The notes: generated by a model from the sequence alone, not told the origin. DNA of 59,283 nucleotides, filler included, from 7 parts of 7 records of this genome joined end to end with filler, not necessarily neighbours in it, one strand, 5' to 3'; counted from the first letter of the whole stretch, positions 26,745-37,022 are shown. Numbers and translations are program-made.

Positions 26745-28691
26745 TTATTCATCAAGTGTAAAAATGGATTCCTGGTCAAGAAGAATGTCAATGTTCTGTC
26801 CGGGTTGATATTGCACATTGCCTTGAGATTCTATGCGTATGGGCTCATCCATGGTCCCGTTAACCAAAAGGCGAGTCCGGTCGCCAAGAAAGAGGGAGCT
26901 GATAACGACTCCGGAAAAATGGCCTTGCCCGGGGTCTACCACCCGGGCGATTTCCGGCCGGAAAAACAATTCGAATTCTTCACCGGGGCGCTGTCCCTTC
27001 ATTCCGTCTGGAATAGGGAGGCTGCCGCCTTGAAAAGTCAGACGGTTTTCTTCAAGCCTGCATTTCATCCGGTTGACCACGCCTATAAATTCAGCTACAA
27101 AGCGGTTGGCCGGGTTAAAGTAAATATCGCGAGGCGGCCCGGTCTGGGCGATTTTCCCCTTATCCATGACCACAATGCGGTTTCCCAGGGCCATGGCCTC
27201 GGATTGGTCGTGGGTGACATATATAGCCGTGATCCCGACAGATTTAAGAAGTAAATCTATTTCGATCCTCAAATTGTCTCTCAGCTTGGCGTCCAGTGCG
27301 GTCAAAGGCTCGTCCAGGAGAAGCACCCTGGGGCGTACTGCAATGGCCCTGGCCAGGGCAACGCGCTGTTTCTGGCCGCCTGACAATTGGTCAATGCGGC
27401 GGCTTCTCAGTTCCTCGATCTTCATCATTTCCAGCATTTCTTCGAGACGGCGGCGCATGGACCCCGGCTCCAGCCCCCTGACCTTCAGCCCGTAAACAAT
27501 ATTCTGCTCCACGTTCATATTAGGAAACAGGGCGTAATTTTGAAAGACCATGCCCACGTTACGTTTTTCAATGGAAATATCGGTTACGTCTTCCGACCCG
27601 AAAAAAACGCGCCCTCCGGGGTCCGGGGATTCCAGACCGGCTATCAGGCGCAAGGTGGTCGTCTTTCCGCATCCGGACGGCCCGAGAACGGCCACGGTTT
27701 CACCGGCGGCTATTTCCAGGCTTACCGGTTCCAGCGCCCTGGTTCCATCAGGAAAGGTTTTGGCGCACTGTTCCAATCGCACAGTCGTCCCTCGGTCTGC
27801 CGCCGGCTTTTCTTTGGTTGATGGAATGCTGCGACCGCTGTCCGCCGGCTTTTTGATAAAAGTATTATTGGCTTTGAACACTTTTTTTGTTCCTCGCGTC
27901 TTTTTATGGCTGCCTTGCCGTTTGGCCACATACTGCATGGCTGACAACAAGGGGATAATCATGAAAAAGAAAATAATGGTGTACGCGGAGCCGATTTCCA
28001 AACGCATGGATGCATAGCTGTCGGCCAACCCAACGGGCAGCGTTTTGGTCAACGGCGTGTGCAGCATCCAGGTGAGGTTGAATTCTCCGACCGACAATGT
28101 GAAAACCATTAACGAGCCGGCCAGGATTCCTCCTATCGAATTGGGGATGACCACTGAAAAAAACCGGCGGGCGAAGCCGGCCCCCAGGCTGGCCGCTCCT
28201 TCTTCATAATCATTCAAGGGTATGGAAGACAAAACCGCGATAACCGACCGGATCATGAAGGGCAAGGTAAAAATGACATGCCCGGCCAGAATAATGAGCC
28301 AGCTTTGACGGAAAGCGGTGAATTGCCCGTAGCTTATTATAATTGCCAGGGCAATGGCCAGCCCGGGCACGGCCAGTGGGATGACCAAAAATTCTTCCAG
28401 AAGGCGAACTATACGGCTTTTGCTTTTCATCATGGCGTAAGCCGCGGGCACTCCAATCAAAAGATCAAGAACCAGGCAGGCGGCGGCGATGAGCAGACTT
28501 CGAAAGATAGTATCCCGGTAAAGGTCCCAAACCTCGATGAACCACCTCAGAGTGACGCCGCTTTTGATGCCCTGGAAAAAATTGACCGTGATTCCGGCCA
28601 ATAGGGATTGTATCACCGGAACGATAAGAAATGTGCAAACCAATATGGTAAAAGCCAATTGACTATAGAATAAAATTGAGTTTCGCTTCAT
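26745..28691 (-). CDS. Fused ABC permease and ATP-binding protein (Pot/Fbp/Phn-type importer)
   Basis: N-terminal TM domain with EAA loop (YEEGAASLGA), basic linker, then GPSGCGKTT, LSGGQKQR, LLLDEP and TOBE-like end. Confidence 0.92.
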   Translation of the reverse strand: MKRNSILFYSQLAFTILVCTFLIVPVIQSLLAGITVNFFQGIKSGVTLRWFIEVWDLYRDTIFRSLLIAAACLVLDLLIGVPAAYAMMKSKSRIVRLLEEFLVIPLAVPGLAIALAIIISYGQFTAFRQSWLIILAGHVIFTLPFMIRSVIAVLSSIPLNDYEEGAASLGAGFARRFFSVVIPNSIGGILAGSLMVFTLSVGEFNLTWMLHTPLTKTLPVGLADSYASMRLEIGSAYTIIFFFMIIPLLSAMQYVAKRQGSHKKTRGTKKVFKANNTFIKKPADSGRSIPSTKEKPAADRGTTVRLEQCAKTFPDGTRALEPVSLEIAAGETVAVLGPSGCGKTTTLRLIAGLESPDPGGRVFFGSEDVTDISIEKRNVGMVFQNYALFPNMNVEQNIVYGLKVRGLEPGSMRRRLEEMLEMMKIEELRSRRIDQLSGGQKQRVALARAIAVRPRVLLLDEPLTALDAKLRDNLRIEIDLLLKSVGITAIYVTHDQSEAMALGNRIVVMDKGKIAQTGPPRDIYFNPANRFVAEFIGVVNRMKCRLEENRLTFQGGSLPIPDGMKGQRPGEEFELFFRPEIARVVDPGQGHFSGVVISSLFLGDRTRLLVNGTMDEPIRIESQGNVQYQPGQNIDILLDQESIFTLDE

Positions 28692-28696
28692 GGCTC

Positions 28697-29518
28697 TTAT
28701 CCCGACGCGGCCAGGGTTTCGCCCGCCGCGGTCCGGGCCAGTGACAACGCTCCCCATGTAATCAGACCCAAAAGGATGGACAGGGCCGAAGCCATGGCGA
28801 TGTTGGCAGAAAGAGTAAATTCCGTGTATATGACTATCGGCAGGACGTCAAAGTCCGTGGCCAGTGTGAAAGCAGTGCCGAAAGCGCCCATGGACGTGGC
28901 AAAACAGATGGCGCCCGATGATATTAAACCCGGCGTCAGGGCCGGAATGATCACGTCCCGGACGACCAATAAGGGAGACGCCCCCAGTGAGCGGGCCGCT
29001 TCTTCCAGGTTGCGGTCTATTTTTTCGGCAGCGGCCATAACCGTAGTTATAACCCGGGGTATGGAAAAGTACAGGTAGCCCAAAAACAGGCCGATAATTG
29101 AATAGGCCAATACGATTTTATTATTGAACAAATCCTTGGATATCTCCCCGATCAGCCCCTGCCTGCCCGCCAAAAGAATGATCATAAAACCGACCACCAC
29201 GCCGGGAAAGGCCAGGGGAAACGTTAACATGGCCACTAAAACGTCGCGGCCGAAAAAGTCGTTTCTGGTTAAAAATACACCGCTTATTCCGGAAATAACC
29301 AAAGTTACCAATGTTACGGCGCCCGATAGCAGGATAGTGTATAACAGGGCTTCCAGGTACCTGGCGGTGACGAGCATGTCCCAATAGATTTCAAGACCGG
29401 CCGGGCTCTGGGTCGAAACAAAAGCCAGTTTCAGCATCGGCAGGATAAAGAAAGCCATAAAAGTAACGGACACGGGGATAAAAAATATAAAAACTACCCG
29501 GCGTTGTCTTTTGTTCAT
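28697..29518 (-). CDS. ABC transporter permease
   Basis: EAA motif LEEAARSLGA; about 6 TM segments. Confidence 0.93.
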   Translation of the reverse strand: MNKRQRRVVFIFFIPVSVTFMAFFILPMLKLAFVSTQSPAGLEIYWDMLVTARYLEALLYTILLSGAVTLVTLVISGISGVFLTRNDFFGRDVLVAMLTFPLAFPGVVVGFMIILLAGRQGLIGEISKDLFNNKIVLAYSIIGLFLGYLYFSIPRVITTVMAAAEKIDRNLEEAARSLGASPLLVVRDVIIPALTPGLISSGAICFATSMGAFGTAFTLATDFDVLPIVIYTEFTLSANIAMASALSILLGLITWGALSLARTAAGETLAASG

Positions 29519-29575
29519 GCTTGCTCCAAAAGGGATTGAGGCCGCACCTCTATTATGGAAGTGCGGCCCGGATGC

Positions 29576-30066
29576 TTATCGAACTTCTTTTAAATAACGA
29601 TCGCGGAAATTATCCTGCACGGCCGCCATTTTGGCGTAATCAATCGGTTTGGCCCGTTCATAATCGGAAGCCGGCAAAAATTTGGCCGCTGCTTCCTTGG
29701 ATAGGGCGGACGGACGAATGGGACGTAAAAAGGCATTGGCCCAGACGGCCTGTCCCTTGTCGGACATGATAAAGTCGAGGATCTTTTTCCCTTTTTCAGG
29801 ATTAGGACTGTTTTTGACCAGGCTCATTACGTACGGCACTACAATCGAACCTTCTTTCGGAATGACGAAAACCACGTTGGCCTTGTCCTTGTACTTGGCC
29901 CGGTATGCGTTGAAGTCATAATCGAAAAGAATGGGAATTTCTCCTGACAGCACCCTGGCGTATGAAGTCTGCTTCGGAACAATCGGGTCGTTTTTCTTGA
30001 GTTTTTTGAAAAACTCGATGCCCGGGGTCACATCATCCAGGCTGCCGCCCATGGCCAGGTTGGCGG
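29576..30066 (-). CDS. ABC transporter substrate-binding protein, C-terminal fragment
   Basis: GEIPI, FVIPKEGS, KKILDFIMSDKGQ; truncated at spacer. Confidence 0.88.
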
Positions 30067-30166
30067 NNNNNNNNNNNNNNNNNNNNNNNNNNNNNNNNNN
30101 NNNNNNNNNNTTAATTAATTAANNNNNNNNNNNNNNNNNNNNNNNNNNNNNNNNNNNNNNNNNNNN
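30067..30166. other. Artificial contig spacer
   Basis: N44-TTAATTAATTAA-N44. Confidence 0.99.
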
Positions 30167-30200
30167 GCCGTAGCTTGCTGCGGGGAGCTTCATTTATAAA

Positions 30201-31736
30201 TTATTCATCACTTGAGCCGAATTGGGCGCGGAGGTCCTTTTTCAATATTTTGCCTGTCAGGGTCCTGGGCAGGGCGTCGATAAAAGCAACTTTTCGAGGG
30301 CGCTTATAACCAGCCAGTTTACCCCGGCAATATTCGATTATTTCTTCTTCGGTCAATTCCACGTCAGGCGCGGGCACGACTATGGCCATGCCGACCTCGC
30401 CCCATCTTTCATCAGGAATTCCAATCACGCCTACGTCTGCGACTTTTTCATGCCCCATGATCACGTCTTCGACTTCAGCGGGATAAACGTTTTCTCCGCC
30501 GCTTATATACATATCTTTTCTGCGGTCCACGAGGTACAGGTAGCCTTCTTCGTCAATATAACCCATGTCTCCGGAGTGAAGCCATCCGTCGACTATTGTT
30601 GCGGCTGTTGCGTCCGGATTTCTCCAGTATTCACGAATGACGGTCGGGCCCCTGACAATGACTTCGCCCATTTCTCCCTGGGGCAGGTCCTTGCTTTCCA
30701 TGTCAACTATCCGGATATCCGTATGGAAGAGCGGTTTTCCACAGGATCCCAGTTTGCGCAAGGCGTCTTCGGTGCGCAGGGCGGTGATGCCAGTGGCTGT
30801 TTCGGTCATACCGTACCCCTGGTTGAACATGACGCCGCGTTCCATGTAGGTTTCTATTAACGGTTTGGGGCATGGCGAACCGCCGGCGATAAAATACTTA
30901 ACCGATGAAAAATCCGTGTTCGCAAATTCGGGCATCTGGCTCATGAAGAGAAACATGACCGGGATCCCGAACATGGAATTAACTTTTTCTTCCTCAATAA
31001 TCTTAAGGACGCCGGAAGGATCGAAAAACCTTTGAATTATCAGTTTGGATCCCCCGTAGAAATTAGGCGTGGCCGAAGCATGCAGGGCGCCGATATGGAA
31101 CATCGGGGCGACGCAGGCAGAGACGTCGGTCCTGTCTATTCCGTACAGATGCAATGCGTTGACCGCATTCCATTGCGTGTTGCCCTGGCGGACCACGGCT
31201 CCCTTGGGGCGCCCGGTGGTGCCGGAGGTATACATGATGAAATGTGGATCGTCCAAAGTAACTTCAAATCCGAGGTCGGGATCGGCGTCCGATTTATCGG
31301 CCATCCAGTCCTCTATTAACTGGTCGTCGGGAGTTCCTCCGGCCATTTCGCAGATATACTGCTTAACAGAAGGAACATTACCCCTAAAAGCGTCGACTAC
31401 CGGGACGAATTCCGGCGAGTAAATGAGCATGGTCGGTTCGCAATTATTAATGATCCATTCCAGTTCCGGGGGGGCGAGCCTGAAATTCAAGGGCACCATC
31501 ACGCCGCCGATCCTGGAGAGAGCGAAAAGGATCTCCAGGAAGACGTTACTGTTGCCCATGAGGGCGGCAACACGGTCGCCCTTTTGCACGCCGGCTTGGA
31601 GAAAGGCGTTTGCCAACTGATTGACGCGCCTGCTGAATTCCAGCCGGTTAAGCTCCAGGTCGCCGTATTTCATGCATGGTTCATCAGGAAAACGCGCCGC
31701 CCACTTTGAAGGCCATTCACCAACGTTCATCTTCAT
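30201..31736 (-). CDS. Long-chain-fatty-acid/acyl-CoA ligase
   Basis: YTSGTTGRPKG, GYGMTE, HSGD, ISGGENVYPAEVE, GKILK. Confidence 0.95.
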   Translation of the reverse strand: MKMNVGEWPSKWAARFPDEPCMKYGDLELNRLEFSRRVNQLANAFLQAGVQKGDRVAALMGNSNVFLEILFALSRIGGVMVPLNFRLAPPELEWIINNCEPTMLIYSPEFVPVVDAFRGNVPSVKQYICEMAGGTPDDQLIEDWMADKSDADPDLGFEVTLDDPHFIMYTSGTTGRPKGAVVRQGNTQWNAVNALHLYGIDRTDVSACVAPMFHIGALHASATPNFYGGSKLIIQRFFDPSGVLKIIEEEKVNSMFGIPVMFLFMSQMPEFANTDFSSVKYFIAGGSPCPKPLIETYMERGVMFNQGYGMTETATGITALRTEDALRKLGSCGKPLFHTDIRIVDMESKDLPQGEMGEVIVRGPTVIREYWRNPDATAATIVDGWLHSGDMGYIDEEGYLYLVDRRKDMYISGGENVYPAEVEDVIMGHEKVADVGVIGIPDERWGEVGMAIVVPAPDVELTEEEIIEYCRGKLAGYKRPRKVAFIDALPRTLTGKILKKDLRAQFGSSDE

Positions 31737-32016
31737 CCTCCTTGTTATTAGTATTTACTAAACTGTTGCCAGGGGAAAAATATGATCCGAACCGGGCCGC
31801 GCTCCAGGCTTCTCTTAAGGAGTCCGACCGACTGCTCATAAACCCCGCCCGGAATTAAGACTGCGACTTCACAATACCCGGATTTAGCCGGCGAATTTTT
31901 TGCGATGGTTAAAGTATAAATAATAGCGGTGGATGTGTCAATTGATGTCTACGGGCGTGATAAGCGCCGCCCAAATCCGTGTTCTCGGGATTCGGGCGGC
32001 TTATGGCAGAACTATC

Positions 32017-33303
32017 CTATTTTTTTGGATTCAACCTGGCCGTATACTTTTTTAGCGACGCTCGGACCTTTGGCTCCAACTTGTTGGCCGCCTTATTATT
32101 CGCGGTCCAGGCAATATCCTCTTGCGTCGGCGTATAAGCCCTGTTTAGTTCAACTTTATTCCGCATGCGTTTTACTACGGAAAGATTTTTAGGGGGTCGT
32201 TCCCTATGGCTCGCTTTCACTGAAAAGACTTTTTTCCCCTTGGGGTCGACAAGTTTGCCCACGGCCGAAGAGGAGACGTCCCAACGGGCGGCCGCGTTTC
32301 CGCTTAAACCGGAAATTGAATACCTGCGTTTACGGCCGCGTTTGTTTTTAGCATCCACGGAAAATCTGTATGCAGGCAGGCCGACATCAACGTCAAAGAC
32401 TGTAAAGCCCCCTAATTGAAAGGTTGTTCTAAAAATATCCCGGCTGCCCTTGGCGTTAGCCACATATACCGGCAATATGCCTGTTTCCTTGTAAAATTTA
32501 TCAATCAGCCCCGGTTTGAACTTATGAATCTTGTGCAGCATTATCTGCAAATCAATTATTTCCTTTTTACGGTAGAATGCCAGGGCCTCATTATATGCAA
32601 AATCGGCAAGCTGCTTGCCGGCTTCGGCCGTCTTGGCGCCATTCGGAAATTTTTTAATAAAATTTTCCCAGTTGGCAAAAGACGGGTTATTAAGGGCGTA
32701 TTCGAATTCTACGCTTTCAATTGATTTTTCAACGTCTTTTCTGTACGCGCCTTTTGGATATTTTTCCAGATAATCATTTAATTGTGCAACCGATTTTGAA
32801 TCCCGGGCCTTTTCAAAGGTCAGCTTTTCCACTTCATCCCGGGCCTTTTGCGCATGGGCGCCGTCGGGCCTGTGCTTAAGATAGTCTTCATAGGCCTCGA
32901 TACTGTTTTTTTCCCCGGCCATTGAAAAATATAGACCGTCTATGGCCGCCTTGGCTTCCCCGGCTTTTTTACCCTTGGGGTAAATATCCAGGTATTTATT
33001 AAAAGCCTCAATCGTGTTTTCACCCCGCGCTCCTTCAAAGGTCAAAACATCAATAGCCTCCCTGGCTTCGGCGGCGCCTTTTCCATCCGGGAATTTATCC
33101 AAATATTCATTGTAGGCTGTGATGGATTTTCTTTCCCTGGCCTCGGCCAACAGCGATCTTTCAACGGTCTTGACATAATAATTCAGGACCGGTCCGGCCG
33201 TCTGTAAAGCAACATATAAAATGGTCGCTATCCCCAATAGAACCCAGAAATCGACTTTGCCTGATCGGGCGCCTAAAGACCGTTTCAAAAACACGGATTT
33301 CAC
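32017..33303 (-). CDS. Membrane-anchored hypothetical protein with five ~37-aa helical repeats
   Basis: N-terminal TM helix; repeat cores YLDKFPDG, YLDIYPKG, YLKHRPDG, YLEKYPKG, FIKKFPNG. Confidence 0.8.
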   Translation of the reverse strand: MKSVFLKRSLGARSGKVDFWVLLGIATILYVALQTAGPVLNYYVKTVERSLLAEARERKSITAYNEYLDKFPDGKGAAEAREAIDVLTFEGARGENTIEAFNKYLDIYPKGKKAGEAKAAIDGLYFSMAGEKNSIEAYEDYLKHRPDGAHAQKARDEVEKLTFEKARDSKSVAQLNDYLEKYPKGAYRKDVEKSIESVEFEYALNNPSFANWENFIKKFPNGAKTAEAGKQLADFAYNEALAFYRKKEIIDLQIMLHKIHKFKPGLIDKFYKETGILPVYVANAKGSRDIFRTTFQLGGFTVFDVDVGLPAYRFSVDAKNKRGRKRRYSISGLSGNAAARWDVSSSAVGKLVDPKGKKVFSVKASHRERPPKNLSVVKRMRNKVELNRAYTPTQEDIAWTANNKAANKLEPKVRASLKKYTARLNPKK

Positions 33304-33488
33304 CTTTCATGTTAGCTTGATTCTTACTAAATACCTTTTTAAATAAGCGTAACTAAATGACCATTGTCAATGAAAAACATGTTTGGGAGAGTTACGTTCA
33401 AAGAATTGAGTCGATAATGATAAAAAAAATAGGAGCCTCGACTGACGTGGTCCATGTTCCAAGGCCCCTTGAGCGGCGTTCTTATCAA

Positions 33489-34007
33489 TCAATCTTCAAC
33501 ATAAACCCTGATTTCGGATATACAGGTGTCTTTCCACTTTGTGCCCGGATATACGGACCCAATGAATATCATAACGCCGTCCGTTAATATGGGCGGGAAA
33601 GAAAATGTCTGGAATTTCTGTGAATCTTTGAGAACAATATTATAAGTCGTGTTGTCGTCGGAAAGTAGAATGGACGCTTTTTTTACACGGCTGTTCTTGT
33701 GAAATGAGCCGCCCGGTTTATTATATCCGTTCAAAATGCTGACCTTGGATACTTTCATGACCTTGGGAAGTTTTACTTCAATCCATTCATTCACGCCGTA
33801 TCCGGGAACCCCTTCAACCCAGCAGGTGCTGGTGTTGCCGTCGATTACATTTTCCGGTATATAAGTGGCGACCTTACTCGGCTTCAAAACCGACGAAGCT
33901 TCGGCGCGTAAATATTTGTGAGGAATCCACTCGCCCGCCATGGCCGGCAAGGCCGGCAGTAAAAGAGCCAGGACTGTAAGCGCGCAGATAATAGTTGTTT
34001 TTTTCAT
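33489..34007 (-). CDS. Secreted discoidin/F5-8-like glycan-binding-domain protein
   Basis: Signal peptide; ASSVL...ENVIDGNTSTCWVEG...GVNEWI...NGY...NSRVK...DTCISEI. Confidence 0.8.
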   Translation of the reverse strand: MKKTTIICALTVLALLLPALPAMAGEWIPHKYLRAEASSVLKPSKVATYIPENVIDGNTSTCWVEGVPGYGVNEWIEVKLPKVMKVSKVSILNGYNKPGGSFHKNSRVKKASILLSDDNTTYNIVLKDSQKFQTFSFPPILTDGVMIFIGSVYPGTKWKDTCISEIRVYVED

Positions 34008-34038
34008 GCCAATCTCCCTATACAGACTGATTGATTTA

Positions 34039-34869
34039 TTAAAAGGCTCGCATGAGCAATGTCGCCCAGCGCTCATCCCTTATTATATCAAATAATTTGT
34101 AATCTTCCTTTAATGAGGACAGCATGATTTCAGCCTGTTCGTGAAAGAGTCCGGACAAAAGAAGCCATTTCCTGTTTTTAAAGCCCTTTTTAGCCATTAT
34201 TGCTTCCTGAACCTGCAAATGAAGGTTGGAACAGACGAGATCGGCCTTACAATTAACGTGGTCTTCGGCCTGCCCCCTGATTACTTCAATAGTATCCTTG
34301 AATCCATTTAAAATCACGTTCTGCCGGGCCGTATCCGCGGCCATGTGTGAATATTCCACGGCTGTTATTTGATCAGCGCCCAATGCGGCCGCGGCCAGGG
34401 CCAGGACTCCCGTGCCCGCACCCAGGTCCAGCGCCTTTTGGGGACGATCTTCCTCGTAAATCCGAACCAGGGACTTCAGACAGGCCATAGTGGTTGGATG
34501 ACCTCCAAAACCGAAAGCCAGGCCGGGATCGATGCGAATTAAGATATGATCATCAAGGAGTGAATCACTCGGCAGGGATTGCCAGGCCGGTTGAATCAAA
34601 AGCCGGCCTACGGTGAAAGGAGCGAAGCCGGCCCCGTCCTGCCATTGAGAGTATTTCATCTTGTGGACGTACCTGAGCGACACGTCTTTTTTATTAACAA
34701 GATAGGTTTCAAAGCCATTTTGAAATGCGGCGTCAAAAAAGAAAAAAGTATAGTCGCTCTCGATCCAGAAGCCCAGGAAGCCCGGTCCCAGGCCGGACAG
34801 CTCCTCTTCCGGAATCACTCCCCGAACTTCATAAATTTCCAGATTTTCAGGCGGAGTTCTATTGATCAT
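34039..34869 (-). CDS. prmA: PrmA-like SAM-dependent methyltransferase
   Basis: IDPGLAFGFGGHPTT, LDLGAGTGVLA, LLSGL; divergent from canonical PrmA. Confidence 0.7.
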   Translation of the reverse strand: MINRTPPENLEIYEVRGVIPEEELSGLGPGFLGFWIESDYTFFFFDAAFQNGFETYLVNKKDVSLRYVHKMKYSQWQDGAGFAPFTVGRLLIQPAWQSLPSDSLLDDHILIRIDPGLAFGFGGHPTTMACLKSLVRIYEEDRPQKALDLGAGTGVLALAAAALGADQITAVEYSHMAADTARQNVILNGFKDTIEVIRGQAEDHVNCKADLVCSNLHLQVQEAIMAKKGFKNRKWLLLSGLFHEQAEIMLSSLKEDYKLFDIIRDERWATLLMRAF

Positions 34870-35510
34870 GTTCTCATACCCGGCGCGGCCGCGATCATGT
34901 CGTTAAGGCTTAACCCGCCGTCGCGAACAAGCCGGGGCGGGCCCAGGCTGACGTCGATTATGGTTGAAGGCAGGCCGCCGGGGCAAGTTCCGCCGTCAAG
35001 GATCAGGTCCACTTTATCGCCAAAATATTCTTCCACTTCACCGGCCGTACGGGCTGGAGGCTTGCCGGACGGATTGGCGCTGGTTCCGCTAACCGCCCTG
35101 TCCGAAGCCCTGACCAGCGTTCTGATGACCGGAAGGCCCTCGACCCGAAGGGCGATAGTGCGCGTCGGCCCGACCAGGGATTCATGAAGGCCCTGTTGCG
35201 CCCTGAGCAGCAAGGTCAGGGGGCCCGGCCAAAAACGTTCCACCAGGCCCATGGCCGATTCCGGCAATTCGCGGGCGTAGCATTCGGCGCGCGCAGTTCG
35301 ATCCAATAGCAGAAGCAAGGGCATTCTGTTGTCACGGCCCTTTATATCAAAGACCCGGTTAAGGGCGTCGGGACGATCCGCCGCGGCCATGAGACCGTAA
35401 AATGTCTGGGTCGGCCCGGCGACAATTCCTCCTTCAACAAGCACATTGACGGCGGGCAGTATTTGAATGTGATCGGCCGACATGGGGTCGATCTTTAAAA
35501 TTGAAGCCAT
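34866..35510 (-). CDS. tsaC: L-threonylcarbamoyladenylate synthase (TsaC/YrdC/Sua5 family)
   Basis: PTQTFYGL, KGR, FWPGPLT, TSANPSG, PSTIID. Confidence 0.92.
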   Translation of the reverse strand: MASILKIDPMSADHIQILPAVNVLVEGGIVAGPTQTFYGLMAAADRPDALNRVFDIKGRDNRMPLLLLLDRTARAECYARELPESAMGLVERFWPGPLTLLLRAQQGLHESLVGPTRTIALRVEGLPVIRTLVRASDRAVSGTSANPSGKPPARTAGEVEEYFGDKVDLILDGGTCPGGLPSTIIDVSLGPPRLVRDGGLSLNDMIAAAPGMRT

Positions 35511-35660
35511 AAGGCCGCGTTACCTCTTGGGCCGGTTCTAAAACCGGAATGTGTCTTTATGAAGACTCAAAACAGGTGGAAACCCGGCAGGCGCGCTACC
35601 ATCCAACCGTAGTAAAAAAAGGCGCAATCAATGAGCGGCGGCGGAACATCAAAGGTAATT

Positions 35661-35686
35661 GTTGGGTTACGCTTCGCTAACCCAAC
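35661..35686 (-). repeat. REP-like palindrome at contig end
   Basis: GTTGGGTTACGCTTCGCTAACCCAAC hairpin, same sequence as start of next contig. Confidence 0.8.
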
Positions 35687-35786
35687 NNNNNNNNNNNNNN
35701 NNNNNNNNNNNNNNNNNNNNNNNNNNNNNNTTAATTAATTAANNNNNNNNNNNNNNNNNNNNNNNNNNNNNNNNNNNNNNNNNNNN
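35687..35786. other. Artificial contig spacer
   Basis: N44-TTAATTAATTAA-N44. Confidence 0.99.
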
Positions 35787-35815
35787 TGGGTTACGCTTCG
35801 CTAACCCAACCTACA
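35787..35815 (-). repeat. GTAG-type REP palindrome at contig start
   Basis: Minus strand TGTAGGTTGGGTTAGCGAAGCGTAACCCA. Confidence 0.8.
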
Positions 35816-35885
35816 GTGATGCCTGTCCTGATTTACTATTTATTTTTAGAGCGCAACACTTGTTTTAACAAATCACTATTCAATG

Positions 35886-35933
35886 GCGGGCTGCCTGCTT
35901 GGTTGCGGCTTCTGCAGGCAGCCCGCTTTTTTT
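35886..35933 (+). terminator. Intrinsic terminator
   Basis: 13-bp stem GCGGGCTGCCTGC/GCAGGCAGCCCGC followed by T7. Confidence 0.8.
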
Positions 35934-35965
35934 GCCTTGATTTCATTCCTTCGTCCAGTTTCTTC

Positions 35966-36025
35966 TTGACAGGTTCGAATTATAAAATTAAATTCGATTT
36001 AGTTCCCGAATAAGATTCGATCAAT
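35966..36025 (+). promoter_or_regulatory. Sigma70 promoter with overlapping inverted repeats (candidate TetR operator)
   Basis: TTGACA-N17-TAAATT overlapped by TCGAATT-N9-AATTCGA (35975-35997); second IR CGAAT-AAG-ATTCG downstream. Confidence 0.55.
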
Positions 36026-36236
36026 AATTTCACACCTGCTGAGCAAAACGGCGGCGGGCCGGGCTCCGGTATTTTTGCCGGAGCCGATTGGCGGTCGCCT
36101 TAAACATATCCGAAATATGCCGGCGGTCCAGGCCGGTGAAATATATTGCCGGGCGCCTGTTGCTGGTCGACGGTGGCATATCTGCATGCCATTCTTACGG
36201 TTTAGGCCCGAAATCTTAACATTATGGTGTTTTAAA

Positions 36237-36872
36237 TTGGGGATACGCGAGCGTAGAGAGCGCGAGCGGGAACGCCGCAGGCGCGAAATTCAGGATGCGG
36301 CCAAGCAACTCTTTATGGAAAAGGGTTACAAGGCTGCCTCCATAGAGGATATCGCCCAGGCCGCGGAACTGGGGACTGCCACTATTTACCAGTACTTTTC
36401 CGGAAAAGAAGAATTATATGTTTCCCTTAATCTTATTACTCTTCGCTTCCTGGTCGATGAGTTGAATAAAATCCACATCAATGCGTCCCTGGCTTCGGAT
36501 AAGAAAATCAACCTGGTTGTTCAGGCTTTATACAACACGTTCCTGCACGACCCCCTTGCCTTGCAGATTATATTTCACGTTCAACTTCACGACAGCTTTC
36601 AGAGCATAAGCGATGATTTGATGGAACAGTTGAACGAGGTGGGTAAAGAGGGTTTGTCATTAATGGCGGCCATCTATGAACAAGGCGTTAGGGAGGGCTT
36701 TTTTGAACCGGACCCGGGCATGGTTCACGCCGATATAATGTGGTCAATATTTGCCGGACTCGTTTTATGGGAGGAGGCCAAAAAAAGGTTTGATTCAAAT
36801 AAAGATTTTTTGCAGCCGACGCTTTTCCGCGCTTTCGAAATATATTGCCGGGGCATTAGGAAAAATGCTTGA
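36237..36872 (+). CDS. TetR/AcrR family transcriptional regulator
   Basis: Probable TTG start (MGIRERRERE); HTH SIEDIAQAAELGTATIYQYFSGKEEL. Confidence 0.93.
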   Translation: MGIRERRERERERRRREIQDAAKQLFMEKGYKAASIEDIAQAAELGTATIYQYFSGKEELYVSLNLITLRFLVDELNKIHINASLASDKKINLVVQALYNTFLHDPLALQIIFHVQLHDSFQSISDDLMEQLNEVGKEGLSLMAAIYEQGVREGFFEPDPGMVHADIMWSIFAGLVLWEEAKKRFDSNKDFLQPTLFRAFEIYCRGIRKNA

Positions 36873-37022
36873 ACGATCTTGGCTGCTGATTATGCGGCAT
36901 CAGGCGAAAGCCAAATCCGCCGGCTTATAATCTGTGTTCATTTTGAAAAAATAATAAATCCGATTAATTCCCGTAGACGAAAGCGGGAGAGTTCTAATAA
37001 CAAATACAAAACGGGGAAATAA

